Source: Steroidobacteraceae bacterium (GTDB taxonomy: Bacteria; Pseudomonadota; Gammaproteobacteria; Steroidobacterales; Steroidobacteraceae). From it: a stretch of DNA of 64,000 bases. The stretch spans positions 2,423 to 66,422 of the forward strand of contig DASTSB010000290.1 in assembly GCA_035760885.1 (NCBI GenBank). Direction: 5' to 3'. The first letter of the stretch is position 1; each line of letters starts with the position of its first letter. The notes below the pieces were generated by a model, which was given only the letters and a program-made list of their open reading frames with translations, was not told the DNA's origin and did not search any database. Made by a program: the position numbers and the translations under genes. Below, one piece after another: positions 26,977 to 37,532 of this stretch.

Positions 26977-28139
26977 GATTGATTACTTCGACTTGTGACT
27001 AGCGTTGCCAAAACGATTTCATCGGCGCGATTGATAGCGTTCTTGTCGACCAGATCGTGGGTTGGCAAGGTAAATAAGCGATCAGCCAAGGCGCTGGCAT
27101 TGGGAAAAGGGCCTTGACTTGCGATCGATGCGGGCACGTTTTCTATTTCCGGCAAAGGACGCCTATACATTTCGGAGGCCCCCAGCCCGGCCGCACTAAG
27201 GTTCCTCACTAGGGCATTGCGAACTTCCCTGGTGGGCGCTAGCAACGCAAGCCGCAACCGATTGCGCGCCCCTTGCGCACCATCCGCGCCGACGAGTTCC
27301 GCCAACCCTAGTGTTCGCCACCGAGAAAATACCGAGGCCCAGACATCGGAGCAATATCCCGGACTGGTCGCGTAGTCCCTCAGACCCGGCCCAATACGAC
27401 TCAAGGCGCGATTGGGTAGAGTTCTAATTGCCTCGAGTTGCTCATAACGAGTGGAACCCAGGTTCGATCCTGGCACGTGCGAAATCAAACTGAACAGCCA
27501 GCCTCGGGTCAGTTGATTGAACAGAAACCCAGCAGGCCAGCTAGAACTCATCCAGTCTTTGATCCACGCACGAGAAGTCGTGACGACCGGAAGTTTCCCA
27601 GCGGCATTGGTTACTAGAAGTCCTCCGCCCAGAAGATTGAGTGGTTTGCCTCGACCGAAGCTGATAATCACAAACTCACCCGCAGTCGTGTCGATGGGGA
27701 GCTGCAGCGACTGCGCACTATCCGCCACCACGCGATCTGTCGGCACGAACCTTCTGATCAATTCGCTTCTTTCTGCAACTCCGAGCAAATTCACGCTCAG
27801 CACTGCGGCGGTGTCGTCCGAGAGCGCCTCCAAAAATCCGGCCTCGTCATAGCCCCATCGTTCGGGCGAATTGTCTACCAGTCGTACCTGCAGTCCTGCG
27901 TACAAGGAAGCAGACACAAGATCTGGGCACCCATACGCAGGCACGATGACTTCAGGTCGCGCCGAAGGACTCCTCTCTCTCAATGAGCGCAAAGCCGCTG
28001 CGAGAGCCTCTGTGCCTGAACCAAATGCCATGAAATGCGCGCTCCCGAGGGTCGCCGCAGCCAGAGTGCGTCCTTTGGCAGCAGATACCCTCTTGTATGG
28101 CACCCGACGTCGAACTGGAGGCAAGCTTGAAAAAGGCAT
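26973..28139 (-). CDS. DegT/DnrJ/EryC1/StrS-family PLP-dependent protein (divergent)
   Basis: SGTEAL, VIVPAYGC, DSAQ, SFGRGKPL..GGG (PLP Lys), TLPTH. Confidence 0.78.
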   Translation of the reverse strand: MPFSSLPPVRRRVPYKRVSAAKGRTLAAATLGSAHFMAFGSGTEALAAALRSLRERSPSARPEVIVPAYGCPDLVSASLYAGLQVRLVDNSPERWGYDEAGFLEALSDDTAAVLSVNLLGVAERSELIRRFVPTDRVVADSAQSLQLPIDTTAGEFVIISFGRGKPLNLLGGGLLVTNAAGKLPVVTTSRAWIKDWMSSSWPAGFLFNQLTRGWLFSLISHVPGSNLGSTRYEQLEAIRTLPNRALSRIGPGLRDYATSPGYCSDVWASVFSRWRTLGLAELVGADGAQGARNRLRLALLAPTREVRNALVRNLSAAGLGASEMYRRPLPEIENVPASIASQGPFPNASALADRLFTLPTHDLVDKNAINRADEIVLATLVTSRSNQS

Positions 28140-28234
28140 TGATGAGCAAATTCAAAGCGGTCGGTCGCACAGCTATAGAGTATGCACAATGAGTAGCGAG
28201 TAGCAGCACCCGATCGAAACCTTTCAGTACGATC

Positions 28235-29368
28235 TCACGGATATACGGATGCCAGCGCGTTCAACAGTGCACCATGCGTATCAGTGAGCCGATATCTGTC
28301 TTCTACAGATTGAGCGCCGGCGGTGCCCAGCTTGGTTCGCATATCTACGTTGGTTGCAAGTTGAACAATTGCCGCACATGCGGCGCCGGAATTGCCCTCA
28401 GGATAGACGAGGCCGTCGATGCGATCCCTGGTAGCCCCACAGACGGATGGGTTGTCCGGCACAATGACCGGAAGCCCGGCTCGCATGTACTCAAGAATAG
28501 AAAGTGAATACCCCACTTCGCCTTGTGAGGGGTGAAACGCTATGTGGCAGCTCTTCAGTATTCCGGGAATGCCGTTTTGCTTTCCCGCAAACGTAACTCG
28601 TGTCTGAACGCCGAGCGAAGCTGCAAGCTGCTGAAATTCGCCGATATGAGGTCCATCACCGCACAACAGCAGATGCAAATCGACCCGCTCCTGGTGGACA
28701 ACCTGCGCAATGCATTCGATGGCAAAACCGATACCTTTGTAGCGCGTCGCCCGAGCTGTCATGACGATGACCACTCGGCCAGCAGGAATACCGAATCGCG
28801 CACTCAAGTCGACGGCTTCAACATACTCTGCGGGAGGTAAGCCATTCGGTATCGCAAAGCATCTCTTGCGCGGAATGCATGTGGACTCCACCAGACGCCG
28901 CCTGATGTATTCGGAAGCGCCGAAGTACGCGTCAGCAGTCAGCAAGCGCGGGGTGTAAATAGCACGCTTCAGGAGGTGTTTCCAACCCACGGCTCGAGGA
29001 CGAGCACCCGGTGAGTGATCGTGAATCACAATGCGACCGACACCAGCAAAGCGAAACAGCGCGTATCGCCAATGCAGCGGTGTCGCATCCGACAAGTAAA
29101 CCAATGCGACCCTGTGGCGGCGAAGGTAGATCAACTGCCTCCACACGTTTGACCAATTGGTGGCCGCGAAATTTGTTACTTCGACTTTGAGTGGCGCAAC
29201 ACTGATCGCTTCAGGCAGCTTCGAGATACTAGGATACGCCAGCAACACACTGCGCCCCTGCGCCGCGTAATGCTCCGCCATGGCAACCCAGAAGCTTTCC
29301 ATCAGCCACCATGCGTAGCCGACGCCGGAATCGTAGTTAGCGACTAGTAAGACTGACGCTCGCGTCAT
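28235..29368 (-). CDS. Glycosyltransferase family 4
   Basis: IPNG, R..YKG, CGDGP, E.GYSLSILEYMRAGLPVI. Confidence 0.88.
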   Translation of the reverse strand: MTRASVLLVANYDSGVGYAWWLMESFWVAMAEHYAAQGRSVLLAYPSISKLPEAISVAPLKVEVTNFAATNWSNVWRQLIYLRRHRVALVYLSDATPLHWRYALFRFAGVGRIVIHDHSPGARPRAVGWKHLLKRAIYTPRLLTADAYFGASEYIRRRLVESTCIPRKRCFAIPNGLPPAEYVEAVDLSARFGIPAGRVVIVMTARATRYKGIGFAIECIAQVVHQERVDLHLLLCGDGPHIGEFQQLAASLGVQTRVTFAGKQNGIPGILKSCHIAFHPSQGEVGYSLSILEYMRAGLPVIVPDNPSVCGATRDRIDGLVYPEGNSGAACAAIVQLATNVDMRTKLGTAGAQSVEDRYRLTDTHGALLNALASVYP

Positions 29369-30626
29369 CCCGCATGCCTGTCGAGTTGTCCGGCACTAAT
29401 GGCATGTCGCCGCCTCTCATCAGCTCGACAAGCTTCTTTGTGACAGTCGCCACTTCGAAATTGCGACGAGCGAATTGCTCTGCTGCCAAACCCATTCGCG
29501 CGATCTCCGCAGGAGACATCTCTGCCATCGATTTGATGGCAGCTGCGATCGACGCTAACGACTTCACTTCGACTAGCAAGCCCGTCTCCCCGTCGACAAC
29601 CACCTCTGGCAATCCGCCGCAATTGCTTGCGATTGCAGGCACGCGAGCTAGGCCAGCTTCTTGAATTGCAATGCACTGGTTCTCGGCCCAGCTTTCGGTA
29701 GGGTAACTCGTATTTAGGAAAACATCGGCATGAGTCAAGAAACGCTCGTTGATCTCCGTATTCGGCTTTCGGCCATGCAGCTCAATCCACTGGCCTAGGT
29801 TGTGCTTACGGACGTACTCGCGCAAACGAGCCTCTTCCAGCCCATTGCCAACGATGTCGTACTTGATGTTCGTAACGCCAGACTCGACCAGGCTTTCGAT
29901 GGCCTGAATTGCGTAAATGACACCCTTCTCCTCAGACAGTCGACACGCACTGAAGATGCGTAAGATGCCCGCGCGCCTGTATTCCGTTCTTGTCGGCGAT
30001 GGCAAATCCATTTTCAGTCCGACTGGCACTACATGGATCTTCGAACTCAGACAACCTAAACCTTCCAGCTCCGACTTGCTGTATCTCGTATTGGTGAGAA
30101 AGGCTCCAAAGTTTCCGAAAAAACTTTGGCGGTGCCTCAAGTACCAGGAATCGACGCCAACGACCGCGCCTCCGTGATAGTAAACGGAGGGCATTGCTTG
30201 AGTCCTAACCACAGTCGGTAGCCATGAATAGTCGGCTGCACAGTTCAAGTTTTTGACTAGAACGTAGTCGTATTGCAGCTTCGGCAGTGCGCACAATCTG
30301 AGATAGTCCAAGAGCCGCTCCTTGATCGGCTTCGACTGGCCCAAGATACAAGGCAAATAGCCCAATCTGGCAAAGAGCCTCCACACAAAGGCGCCATTAC
30401 GTAAGTGCTTGGGGATGTCTCTAAGGGTCGATGGATAACTGAAGCGTGGGACTGCCGCCAGTGACTCGCCCTTCTCGCCCCACTGCTCGTACTGCTTCGA
30501 CAGATAGTCTCCGCATTGGACGACGAAAACATCCAACCCCAAATCGCGCAGACTCTGTATCTGGAAATCCCAGGTTGGCTTGTATGGATTGGGCCACTCC
30601 TCGCAAATGTACAGAAGAGTTCTCAT
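29337..30626 (-). CDS. Glycosyltransferase family 4 (WcaL-like)
   Basis: CRLSEEKG, IVGNG, ENQCIAIQEA, GGLPEVVVDGETG. Confidence 0.88.
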   Translation of the reverse strand: MRTLLYICEEWPNPYKPTWDFQIQSLRDLGLDVFVVQCGDYLSKQYEQWGEKGESLAAVPRFSYPSTLRDIPKHLRNGAFVWRLFARLGYLPCILGQSKPIKERLLDYLRLCALPKLQYDYVLVKNLNCAADYSWLPTVVRTQAMPSVYYHGGAVVGVDSWYLRHRQSFFGNFGAFLTNTRYSKSELEGLGCLSSKIHVVPVGLKMDLPSPTRTEYRRAGILRIFSACRLSEEKGVIYAIQAIESLVESGVTNIKYDIVGNGLEEARLREYVRKHNLGQWIELHGRKPNTEINERFLTHADVFLNTSYPTESWAENQCIAIQEAGLARVPAIASNCGGLPEVVVDGETGLLVEVKSLASIAAAIKSMAEMSPAEIARMGLAAEQFARRNFEVATVTKKLVELMRGGDMPLVPDNSTGMRDDASVSLTSR

Positions 30627-30664
30627 TGCGTACCCGCAGTCCCAGTGTGTTGTAACTTAGGCAT

Positions 30665-32149
30665 CTAGGCCCGCTTGAATCGCTCGAGGAGTCTAATTGC
30701 CGGAGGAAGCTCGACGAGCCGCTCTCGGATAGATCGGTTGCTCAGTAATACGGTTCCGATTAAGACAGCGGCTACGATGCATATCCCAACTTTGAGCGAT
30801 AGATCGAGCAGGAGATGCTCGGCACTACCCCAGAGCAGGGTGAGTAGATAGGCAATGCTGGCTATCACCAGCGAAGAAATCAACGTTCGATTACTCAACT
30901 TCATGTCGAAGTATCGCCTCGACGTGGCCTGAACGATCGCAAACTGAATCGCCAATGAAAACATCAGAGCCAATGAAGCCCCCACGTGTCCGAGGGTTGG
31001 TATCAGGGCCAAGTTCAAGATGGTAATTATTCCGGCGACGAGAAGGTTGTTCTGCCAAATCCACTTTGTGTTTCCGGTCAACAAGAAACTGAATTGACAG
31101 AAAGTGAGGAGACAATTGAACACCGTTGCGAGCGTCAGAAATGGAACCGACGAGCCGGCCCCATGAAAAGCCGGTGAAGACATCACTGAGATGACGTCCG
31201 GTGCAAACACACTGATGCCCAGCGTAATCATCACCAATCCGGCGCACATCACATTGAACACAGCATTGAATTTGTCCGCGGCATTCTCATGCTTGGCGTA
31301 GATGAATCTCTCAGTGTTCCAGAACTGCATGAACGGTTCCCAAATCAGAAATCCGATCACGGCAGCGAACCTCGCCGCGAGTTCGTATAGGCCGATCTCG
31401 TCAAGGGACGAAAACAATCTCATGTAGTAACGGTTCGAAGAGAAGAGGTACAGCGTCGCAAGTCCCGCAAGCCACAACGGCCAGCAATAACCGACCATTT
31501 TCCAAGCAAGGGTCCGATCGAAATGTAGCCCTGCATGTCGAAACGTGTACATCGCTAAGCCGACACCCGAAAGCAGCGTTGACGTGGCAGAAGCAACGGC
31601 CACTCCTAACACCCCCCACCGCAACACGACCACGAACCAGATCCCCAGCGACAGCTGAACGATCAGCTTCACCAGATTCACTGAGACGAACAGCACCGGA
31701 GCGCGACGAATGCGCATGTACATCAAACCGTAGTTCTCCACCGCCTGCGAAAATAGCAGTGTCGAAAACAGGGCAAATACGGTGCCATAGTCGTGCCGCC
31801 CAAATACAACGATCGACAAGGGTCCGCGAAACGCAACCAGACCAAGAACACTGAGCGCGCTGAGCACCGCAGTCGCAGTACACGCGGTGGAGATCACGGA
31901 TTTTCTCTTCCCCTCCTCATCGAACTCATAAAAAAACTTAGGAACGGCTTGCGCTAACCGGGCGCCTAAAAGGGGCTCCATCAGAGACACAGCAAACAAG
32001 ATCAGACCTACTGCGCCGTAATCCGCGGGAGTTAGGTACCTCGTATAGACAGGCAACATCAAAAAGCCAACTAGCTGTCTTGCTACGTTGCCTATCGCAT
32101 AGATAGTCGAGTGCTTTACGAGGTCCTTCGCGGACGCGCTGTCAGTCAT
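30665..32149 (-). CDS. Wzx-type polysaccharide flippase
   Basis: STIYAIGN..GFLMLPVYTRYLTPADYG, many TM helices, EIGLY. Start at ATG 32149. Confidence 0.88.
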   Translation of the reverse strand: MTDSASAKDLVKHSTIYAIGNVARQLVGFLMLPVYTRYLTPADYGAVGLILFAVSLMEPLLGARLAQAVPKFFYEFDEEGKRKSVISTACTATAVLSALSVLGLVAFRGPLSIVVFGRHDYGTVFALFSTLLFSQAVENYGLMYMRIRRAPVLFVSVNLVKLIVQLSLGIWFVVVLRWGVLGVAVASATSTLLSGVGLAMYTFRHAGLHFDRTLAWKMVGYCWPLWLAGLATLYLFSSNRYYMRLFSSLDEIGLYELAARFAAVIGFLIWEPFMQFWNTERFIYAKHENAADKFNAVFNVMCAGLVMITLGISVFAPDVISVMSSPAFHGAGSSVPFLTLATVFNCLLTFCQFSFLLTGNTKWIWQNNLLVAGIITILNLALIPTLGHVGASLALMFSLAIQFAIVQATSRRYFDMKLSNRTLISSLVIASIAYLLTLLWGSAEHLLLDLSLKVGICIVAAVLIGTVLLSNRSIRERLVELPPAIRLLERFKRA

Positions 32150-32388
32150 TGCTCGGGCACTTTCTGTTAATCGAAGTTCTTCGCATTTGAAACACTTCAC
32201 CGGTAGGTCTGCATGACTATGCTGTGGGACCACCAACAGCCGCATGGTCGCTTCGTTCGCTTTATGTCCCGGCTATTCAGTGCCGGGTAGAGTAACGACT
32301 CGGCTTAGCCGTGCATAATGCAGGCCCGTGACGGCGGTCACAATGGCAAACATCCATCGCGGATTGATTCGGTTTCGAAGAAGCAGGT

Positions 32389-33327
32389 ATGGCTGACGAA
32401 CATCTGGTTACGGTTATCATTCCGGTATTCAATCGGCGGAATTTGCTGCGTCACGCGATCGAGTCTGTTAGGGCTCAGACGTACCCCTACTGGGAATTGA
32501 TCGTCGTCGATGATGGCTCGTCCGAGCGCATTGCGGATCTGATCGAAGCGTTCGACGATCCCAGGATCGCTTGTCTGCGTCAGATGAATCAGGGCGTCTC
32601 TACTGCCAGAAATCTGGGCATCCAGCACGCACGCGGTGAATTCGTCACGTTCTTAGATTCCGACGATCTCTACGATCGGCACTGCTTGCAGTTGAAAGTG
32701 GAATACGCGCTGAAACATCCAGAAGTTGGCGTTGTAGGAGGAGGATGCCAATATTTCAGCGAGAACGGCGCTCAGCCAATAAATCCAACGCATGCTCGAA
32801 TATCGACGACATACGAAGATCTGGCTGTATTTACAGCATTTCCCGGGGCCACCGGGAATATCTTCGTTCGCCGCAGTGTGTTGTTGGCAGCAGGTGGCTT
32901 CAGGACGAATTTGGTCGAGAGCGAGGACCGAGAGCTTCTCCAGCGCCTTGCGCAACTTGCGCCAGTGGGATCTGTACCCGATCTCACACTCATCCAGCGC
33001 GTGCACGGGGAGATACGAGCGGAACGAGATATCACCTCTGTGATCTACAGTCGGCAATGGATCAGAAGCAAGATCAAAGATGCTGGCTTGAGGAGAAAAG
33101 CGAAGGCGTGGGATGAGTTCACGCTCGGCGTTAAATATTGGTACCAACACCGAGGGATGGTCGCATTCGTTTATTGGTGTAGATCGTTTTTGGGCCACCG
33201 CCGCCGCATTCATCCGGAATTGAAGCGGATATCCTCACTTCTGGAGCACGTGCTACCGCGGCGCATGAGCCAGGCGTTGGACTCGCTGCATAACACCCTG
33301 AAGCAAGGCCGTGTCAAGCGCTTGTAG
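32389..33327 (+). CDS. Glycosyltransferase family 2
   Basis: VTVIIPVFN, VVDDGS, ARNLG, FLDSDD, SED. Confidence 0.92.
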   Translation: MADEHLVTVIIPVFNRRNLLRHAIESVRAQTYPYWELIVVDDGSSERIADLIEAFDDPRIACLRQMNQGVSTARNLGIQHARGEFVTFLDSDDLYDRHCLQLKVEYALKHPEVGVVGGGCQYFSENGAQPINPTHARISTTYEDLAVFTAFPGATGNIFVRRSVLLAAGGFRTNLVESEDRELLQRLAQLAPVGSVPDLTLIQRVHGEIRAERDITSVIYSRQWIRSKIKDAGLRRKAKAWDEFTLGVKYWYQHRGMVAFVYWCRSFLGHRRRIHPELKRISSLLEHVLPRRMSQALDSLHNTLKQGRVKRL

Positions 33328-33332
33328 CTTCG

Positions 33333-33355
33333 GCGGGCGCCTCAAGCGCGCCCGC
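33333..33355. terminator. GC-rich hairpin between convergent genes
   Basis: GCGGGCGC-7nt-GCGCCCGC perfect 8-bp stem between the stops at 33327 and 33372. No clear U-tract. Confidence 0.45.
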
Positions 33356-33371
33356 TTCGTGAGCCGGCGAT

Positions 33372-34283
33372 CTACTGAACGGAAACGTTCGCAGGCGCTG
33401 AAGGCTGAGTTTGCCCGGAAAAATCTGAAACTTTGTGGCTTGGATGGATAAACGGACGACCTCCACTATCCACCGTATTGGGTTTTTGCGCAGTAACAAT
33501 GACGTCGTCATAGTAGAACGCTTGGTCCACAGGAAAACCGCCGTTCCAGTAGTCGCCGTACACGATCCCGTCCACTGTGGCTCCTGACTTCAGCGTCGTA
33601 TGGTTGCTGCGACCCAGGTATGTGTCATCGACCCAGCCCTCAACATACCCATCTGAGTCGCCGAAATGCCAATGCGTCTGCAGAGCTTGCCATTTCCCCC
33701 GAACGAGAGGCGCCGCCGTATAGTCCGGGAATGGCTGATTGCCGGCTCCCATTTCGCTGATATCGCCATATGCGGCAGTCACTGTTCCGCAAGCCGGAGC
33801 GCGTTGAAATGCATAAGTCGGATTGCTGTTCGGTGAGGCTGTGCCAAGTTCTACGGTTGATCGGCCGCCACTAGTCTGAGCACGGAACCACTTTGTGCCA
33901 CCCCAACCGTCACCTCCTCCTCCATACGAAAAACAGAAAGACGACGGAAAGAACTGATACACGCGAATCCAAATATCCGAACCTGCCTTAAGGCTAATCG
34001 CGCCAGTGATTTCGCCTCCAAACCAGTTGGAGCCAGCTTGCTGCGAAATTTTCGCGGTTGTCGATCCGCCGAACGGTCCCGCTAAGTCGGTGGAATAAGT
34101 CGTGTTTGTGGATGCGTAAAATCCTTTGACAGCAGTGCCCCGCGCACCTCCTGCAGCAGACCACACCTTAAGCGGTGTGTATGAGGGAGCCGAAACAGTC
34201 CCTGCAGAGGCTGTTGCGAAAATTGAAACTGCGCTCAGTACCAAGGCAGGTAGCGCACGCCCAGCAAACCAAGGAAGACTCAT
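33372..34283 (-). CDS. Secreted beta-jelly-roll protein, possibly polysaccharide lyase-like
   Basis: Signal peptide (..IFATASA). IWIRVYQFFPSSF, TKWFR, RGKWQ, GYVEGWVDD, YWNGG, YYDDVIV resemble concanavalin/lyase-type folds. Confidence 0.55.
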   Translation of the reverse strand: MSLPWFAGRALPALVLSAVSIFATASAGTVSAPSYTPLKVWSAAGGARGTAVKGFYASTNTTYSTDLAGPFGGSTTAKISQQAGSNWFGGEITGAISLKAGSDIWIRVYQFFPSSFCFSYGGGGDGWGGTKWFRAQTSGGRSTVELGTASPNSNPTYAFQRAPACGTVTAAYGDISEMGAGNQPFPDYTAAPLVRGKWQALQTHWHFGDSDGYVEGWVDDTYLGRSNHTTLKSGATVDGIVYGDYWNGGFPVDQAFYYDDVIVTAQKPNTVDSGGRPFIHPSHKVSDFSGQTQPSAPANVSVQ

Positions 34284-34982
34284 GCAAAGATCCTCGTCCG
34301 TTATCAGATAACCATGATGCGAGCGAACAAAGCTGCATCTACCGACGAGCTACTGCGCTCGCTCCGCGCGATTTTCTCTGCCAGATTCTGTGGAATCGCT
34401 ACAGCCGGGGCATCTTCTCCGAATCCGAATTGGCGTCAACCCCGTCGCCGCCTCGCGACGCCTCATTATGACGTGAACGGCAGTACCACATTCGCGACGG
34501 CACGCATCGGCCCGTGCAATGCGCTTCGACTTAGACGCTTGATCACACTGGAGTTATAGCCTCCGAGCATTCGGAAGCCCAACCATACATAAGAGGTTTC
34601 CCGTCAGCCGGTAACGCCGGCTAGGACTACCGCTACTTCGATTTAGAGCATTCGCCTGAGTTCGCAATTCACTGGCTGCGCGAGGCAGGTAGCTGTGCGC
34701 GCGCATCCGGGCGCCACGTAGGGTCTGAACAATCTAACGCTGCCGATTCGCTGGGGTATTCGCAGCAAATGTTTCGCGGGAACATCCATCCACTTTGACC
34801 GGCACAGACCCGATCAGCTAGCCTTCTACTGGACGCTTTTCCCACGCCAATAAGTCCAATGTGAAGCAGGCGACAGCGGTGGAAAGTTGATCTTGCCAAA
34901 ATTGTCGATTACTGGCCCGAGACACGACGTCACGCGCCGCATCGATCTCACGGGCGACTTGAATAACTACCTGGAAAAATAA

Positions 34983-36068
34983 GTGGCCAGATCCAAGCTG
35001 CACTCCCGGATTATTACGCTGGCCGGTTGGGGCTGTTTCGCCTTGATCGCCGGGATCATGTGCGAAATCGGCGCACGCCTTGATGATTGGTTTTTCGATG
35101 GCATTCCGTTCACTGCGAATCCCACGTACCAATCGCTCTTTCTCCTTGATGACACGGGCATGCGCGTCGGCCGCCCAGGCGCTCAGTGGAAGAAGGTGCA
35201 CCTGAATAACGTGGGCTTGAGAGGACCCGACGTTCAGATCGACAGAGGCAATCACTGTCAACGTTGGATGTTTATCGGTGCGTCAGAGACTTTCGGGGAA
35301 CCGACACAGGCCAATAAAGACTATCCCGCGCAGGTGCGCGAGAGCTTGAGGCGTAAAGGCTGCTACGAAGTTCTCAACACCGCGTTCCCAGGATTCGACG
35401 TGCGCGCGCTCATGCGGTACTACGAGTACTACATGTCCCAACTCAAGCCGGATGTAGTGTTCGTTTATCCGCCGACACATTTCTATCTGGGAGAGGTGGG
35501 TCCGAGGAATACGACTCCGCCGCAAAGAGCACCTACTTACCCCAATAGTTCACCCGGTATTCTGGAGCGATCTCGATTCCTAGAGCGCCTCAGAGATACG
35601 GCCGAGATGCCCGCCTTCATTCAGAAGAAGCGCGTTCGTCAATGGATCGAGGATGCGCAGCGCGGCAAAAGCGCGGACTGGGCGTTTCGCACAATCCCCC
35701 AAGACCGCCTTGATCTGTTCACCAATGACCTGCGAGATTTCATTGCACTGATTCGTGCATCGGGTGCTGAGCCGGTTCTGCTGACGCATGCGGTAAGAGT
35801 TGCCTCCCCGCCTCGTGAAGAGGATCTCAACGACCTTTACGCAATGCGCGTCTATGTTCCCAGGGCCACAGAGGCGACACTCGCTGGTTTTGAGTACGCG
35901 GCGGCAGAACGAACCAGAGAAGTAGCAGCCGCAACGAACGTTCCTCTCGTGGACGTTGCGCAGCAGCTCAGCGGTCGGCGCGAGCTGTTCATCGATCTGG
36001 TGCATTTCACCAACGAAGGCCACGCCAAAGTTGCCCAGTTGATATTGCAACAGATGCAAAGCCGCTAA
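34983..36068 (+). CDS. SGNH/GDSL-family protein, AlgJ/PatB-like partner of the MBOAT
   Basis: N-terminal TM helix, N..GLRG, FIGASETFG (block I), NTAFPG, C-terminal DLVH (DxxH). Confidence 0.75.
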   Translation: MARSKLHSRIITLAGWGCFALIAGIMCEIGARLDDWFFDGIPFTANPTYQSLFLLDDTGMRVGRPGAQWKKVHLNNVGLRGPDVQIDRGNHCQRWMFIGASETFGEPTQANKDYPAQVRESLRRKGCYEVLNTAFPGFDVRALMRYYEYYMSQLKPDVVFVYPPTHFYLGEVGPRNTTPPQRAPTYPNSSPGILERSRFLERLRDTAEMPAFIQKKRVRQWIEDAQRGKSADWAFRTIPQDRLDLFTNDLRDFIALIRASGAEPVLLTHAVRVASPPREEDLNDLYAMRVYVPRATEATLAGFEYAAAERTREVAAATNVPLVDVAQQLSGRRELFIDLVHFTNEGHAKVAQLILQQMQSR

Positions 36069-36077
36069 GAGCATCGC

Positions 36078-37472
36078 ATGTTATTCAACAGTCTGGTCTT
36101 TCTGTTCGCGTTCTTGCCCGTCACGTATGTGGTCTTCTGGTGTCTTCGCACGACACTGCAGCGTCACGTCTGGCTCACGATCACTGGCTATGTGTTCTAC
36201 GGCTATTGGGATCCGAGATTTTGTTTATTGATGGCGTTCACGACGCTCGTGAGCTATTCGGCTGGCCGCGGATTTCTGAGCACGCAAAATCCGTCGTATC
36301 GCAAGTGGCTGCTGGTGTTACCCATCACCGTGGATCTCTCGGTACTTGGGTTCTTCAAGTACGCGGGCTTTTTTACTCGCTCGTTGAACGACTTCGCTGA
36401 CCTTCTAGGCTGGCGCACGGATCTTCCCGTCCTGGATGTGATCCTGCCGATCGGCATTTCGTTCTATACCTTTCACACCATCACCTACATCGTGGATGCC
36501 TATCGAGGCCACATCACGCCCACGCGCAGCTTCTGGGAATTTGGAGCGTACGTTTCGCTCTTTTCTCAGCTGGTCGCGGGACCTATCGTTCGATTCAGAC
36601 AGATCGAGAAAGATTTGGAACATGTCGGCGAAGCACATCGTCGCCAAGGGCTTCCAGTCGGGCTTTCGTTTCTTGCCTTCGGTATGTTCGAGAAAGTCAT
36701 CATCGCCGATACCCTTGCCTACTTCGTCGATCCAGCACTCGATCAGTACAACAGCCTGTCGACTGTGGGTGCTTGGCTTTCGATGTTCGGTTATACATTT
36801 CAGCTCTACTTCGACTTCGCAGGCTATAGCGCGATGGCGGTGGGGCTCGGACTTATGTTCGGCCTAAGAATTCCGCAGAACTTCAACTCTCCTTATCGCG
36901 CCGAAAATCCCAGTGACTTTTGGCGTCGTTGGCACATCTCGCTGTCCACGGTCATGCGCGACTACCTCTACATCCCTTTGGGGGGCAATCGCGGGCCTAC
37001 ATGGATGATGTATCGAAATCTGATGATAACCATGCTCATTGGTGGGCTTTGGCATGGGGCGAATTGGACCTTCGTCATCTGGGGTGCCTATCACGGCATG
37101 TTGTTACTCGGGTATCACTATGCGAGCAGTCACGGGCTATCGATGCCTCGCCCCGCAGCCCAACTTGTAACCTTTATTCTGGTTGTCATAGGCTGGGTGT
37201 TCTTTCGATCCGCGAATCTCGGTATGGCCGAAGATCTGCTGCACAAGATGTTCGTACCCCAGTCCGGGGAACTTCCGCAAGAAGTTGTGAAATTCACCTC
37301 CGTTGCTGTCCTGGCGGCGATCCTGGCGCGCTGGGCGCCGAACGCTTTCGAATATCACCGTGACTTCAGCCCGACGGCCACTAGAATGGCAGCAGCTGCC
37401 GCGGTATTGGGATGCTCCGTTGCGCTGATCGCAGGATCTCGAGCATCGCCATTCCTGTATTTTCAGTTCTAG
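36078..37472 (+). CDS. MBOAT O-acyltransferase, AlgI/PatA-like
   Basis: MLFNSLVFL, LPIGISFYTF, QLVAGPIVR, QLYFDFAGYS, FWRRWHISLS, GLWHGA.WTF, C-terminal FLYFQF. Confidence 0.95.
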   Translation: MLFNSLVFLFAFLPVTYVVFWCLRTTLQRHVWLTITGYVFYGYWDPRFCLLMAFTTLVSYSAGRGFLSTQNPSYRKWLLVLPITVDLSVLGFFKYAGFFTRSLNDFADLLGWRTDLPVLDVILPIGISFYTFHTITYIVDAYRGHITPTRSFWEFGAYVSLFSQLVAGPIVRFRQIEKDLEHVGEAHRRQGLPVGLSFLAFGMFEKVIIADTLAYFVDPALDQYNSLSTVGAWLSMFGYTFQLYFDFAGYSAMAVGLGLMFGLRIPQNFNSPYRAENPSDFWRRWHISLSTVMRDYLYIPLGGNRGPTWMMYRNLMITMLIGGLWHGANWTFVIWGAYHGMLLLGYHYASSHGLSMPRPAAQLVTFILVVIGWVFFRSANLGMAEDLLHKMFVPQSGELPQEVVKFTSVAVLAAILARWAPNAFEYHRDFSPTATRMAAAAAVLGCSVALIAGSRASPFLYFQF

Positions 37473-37532
37473 CCGCTATTTAGCGAGAAACTGCGTCAAC
37501 GCGTATTGCCGTGAATCTCTGAACCATCAGGC

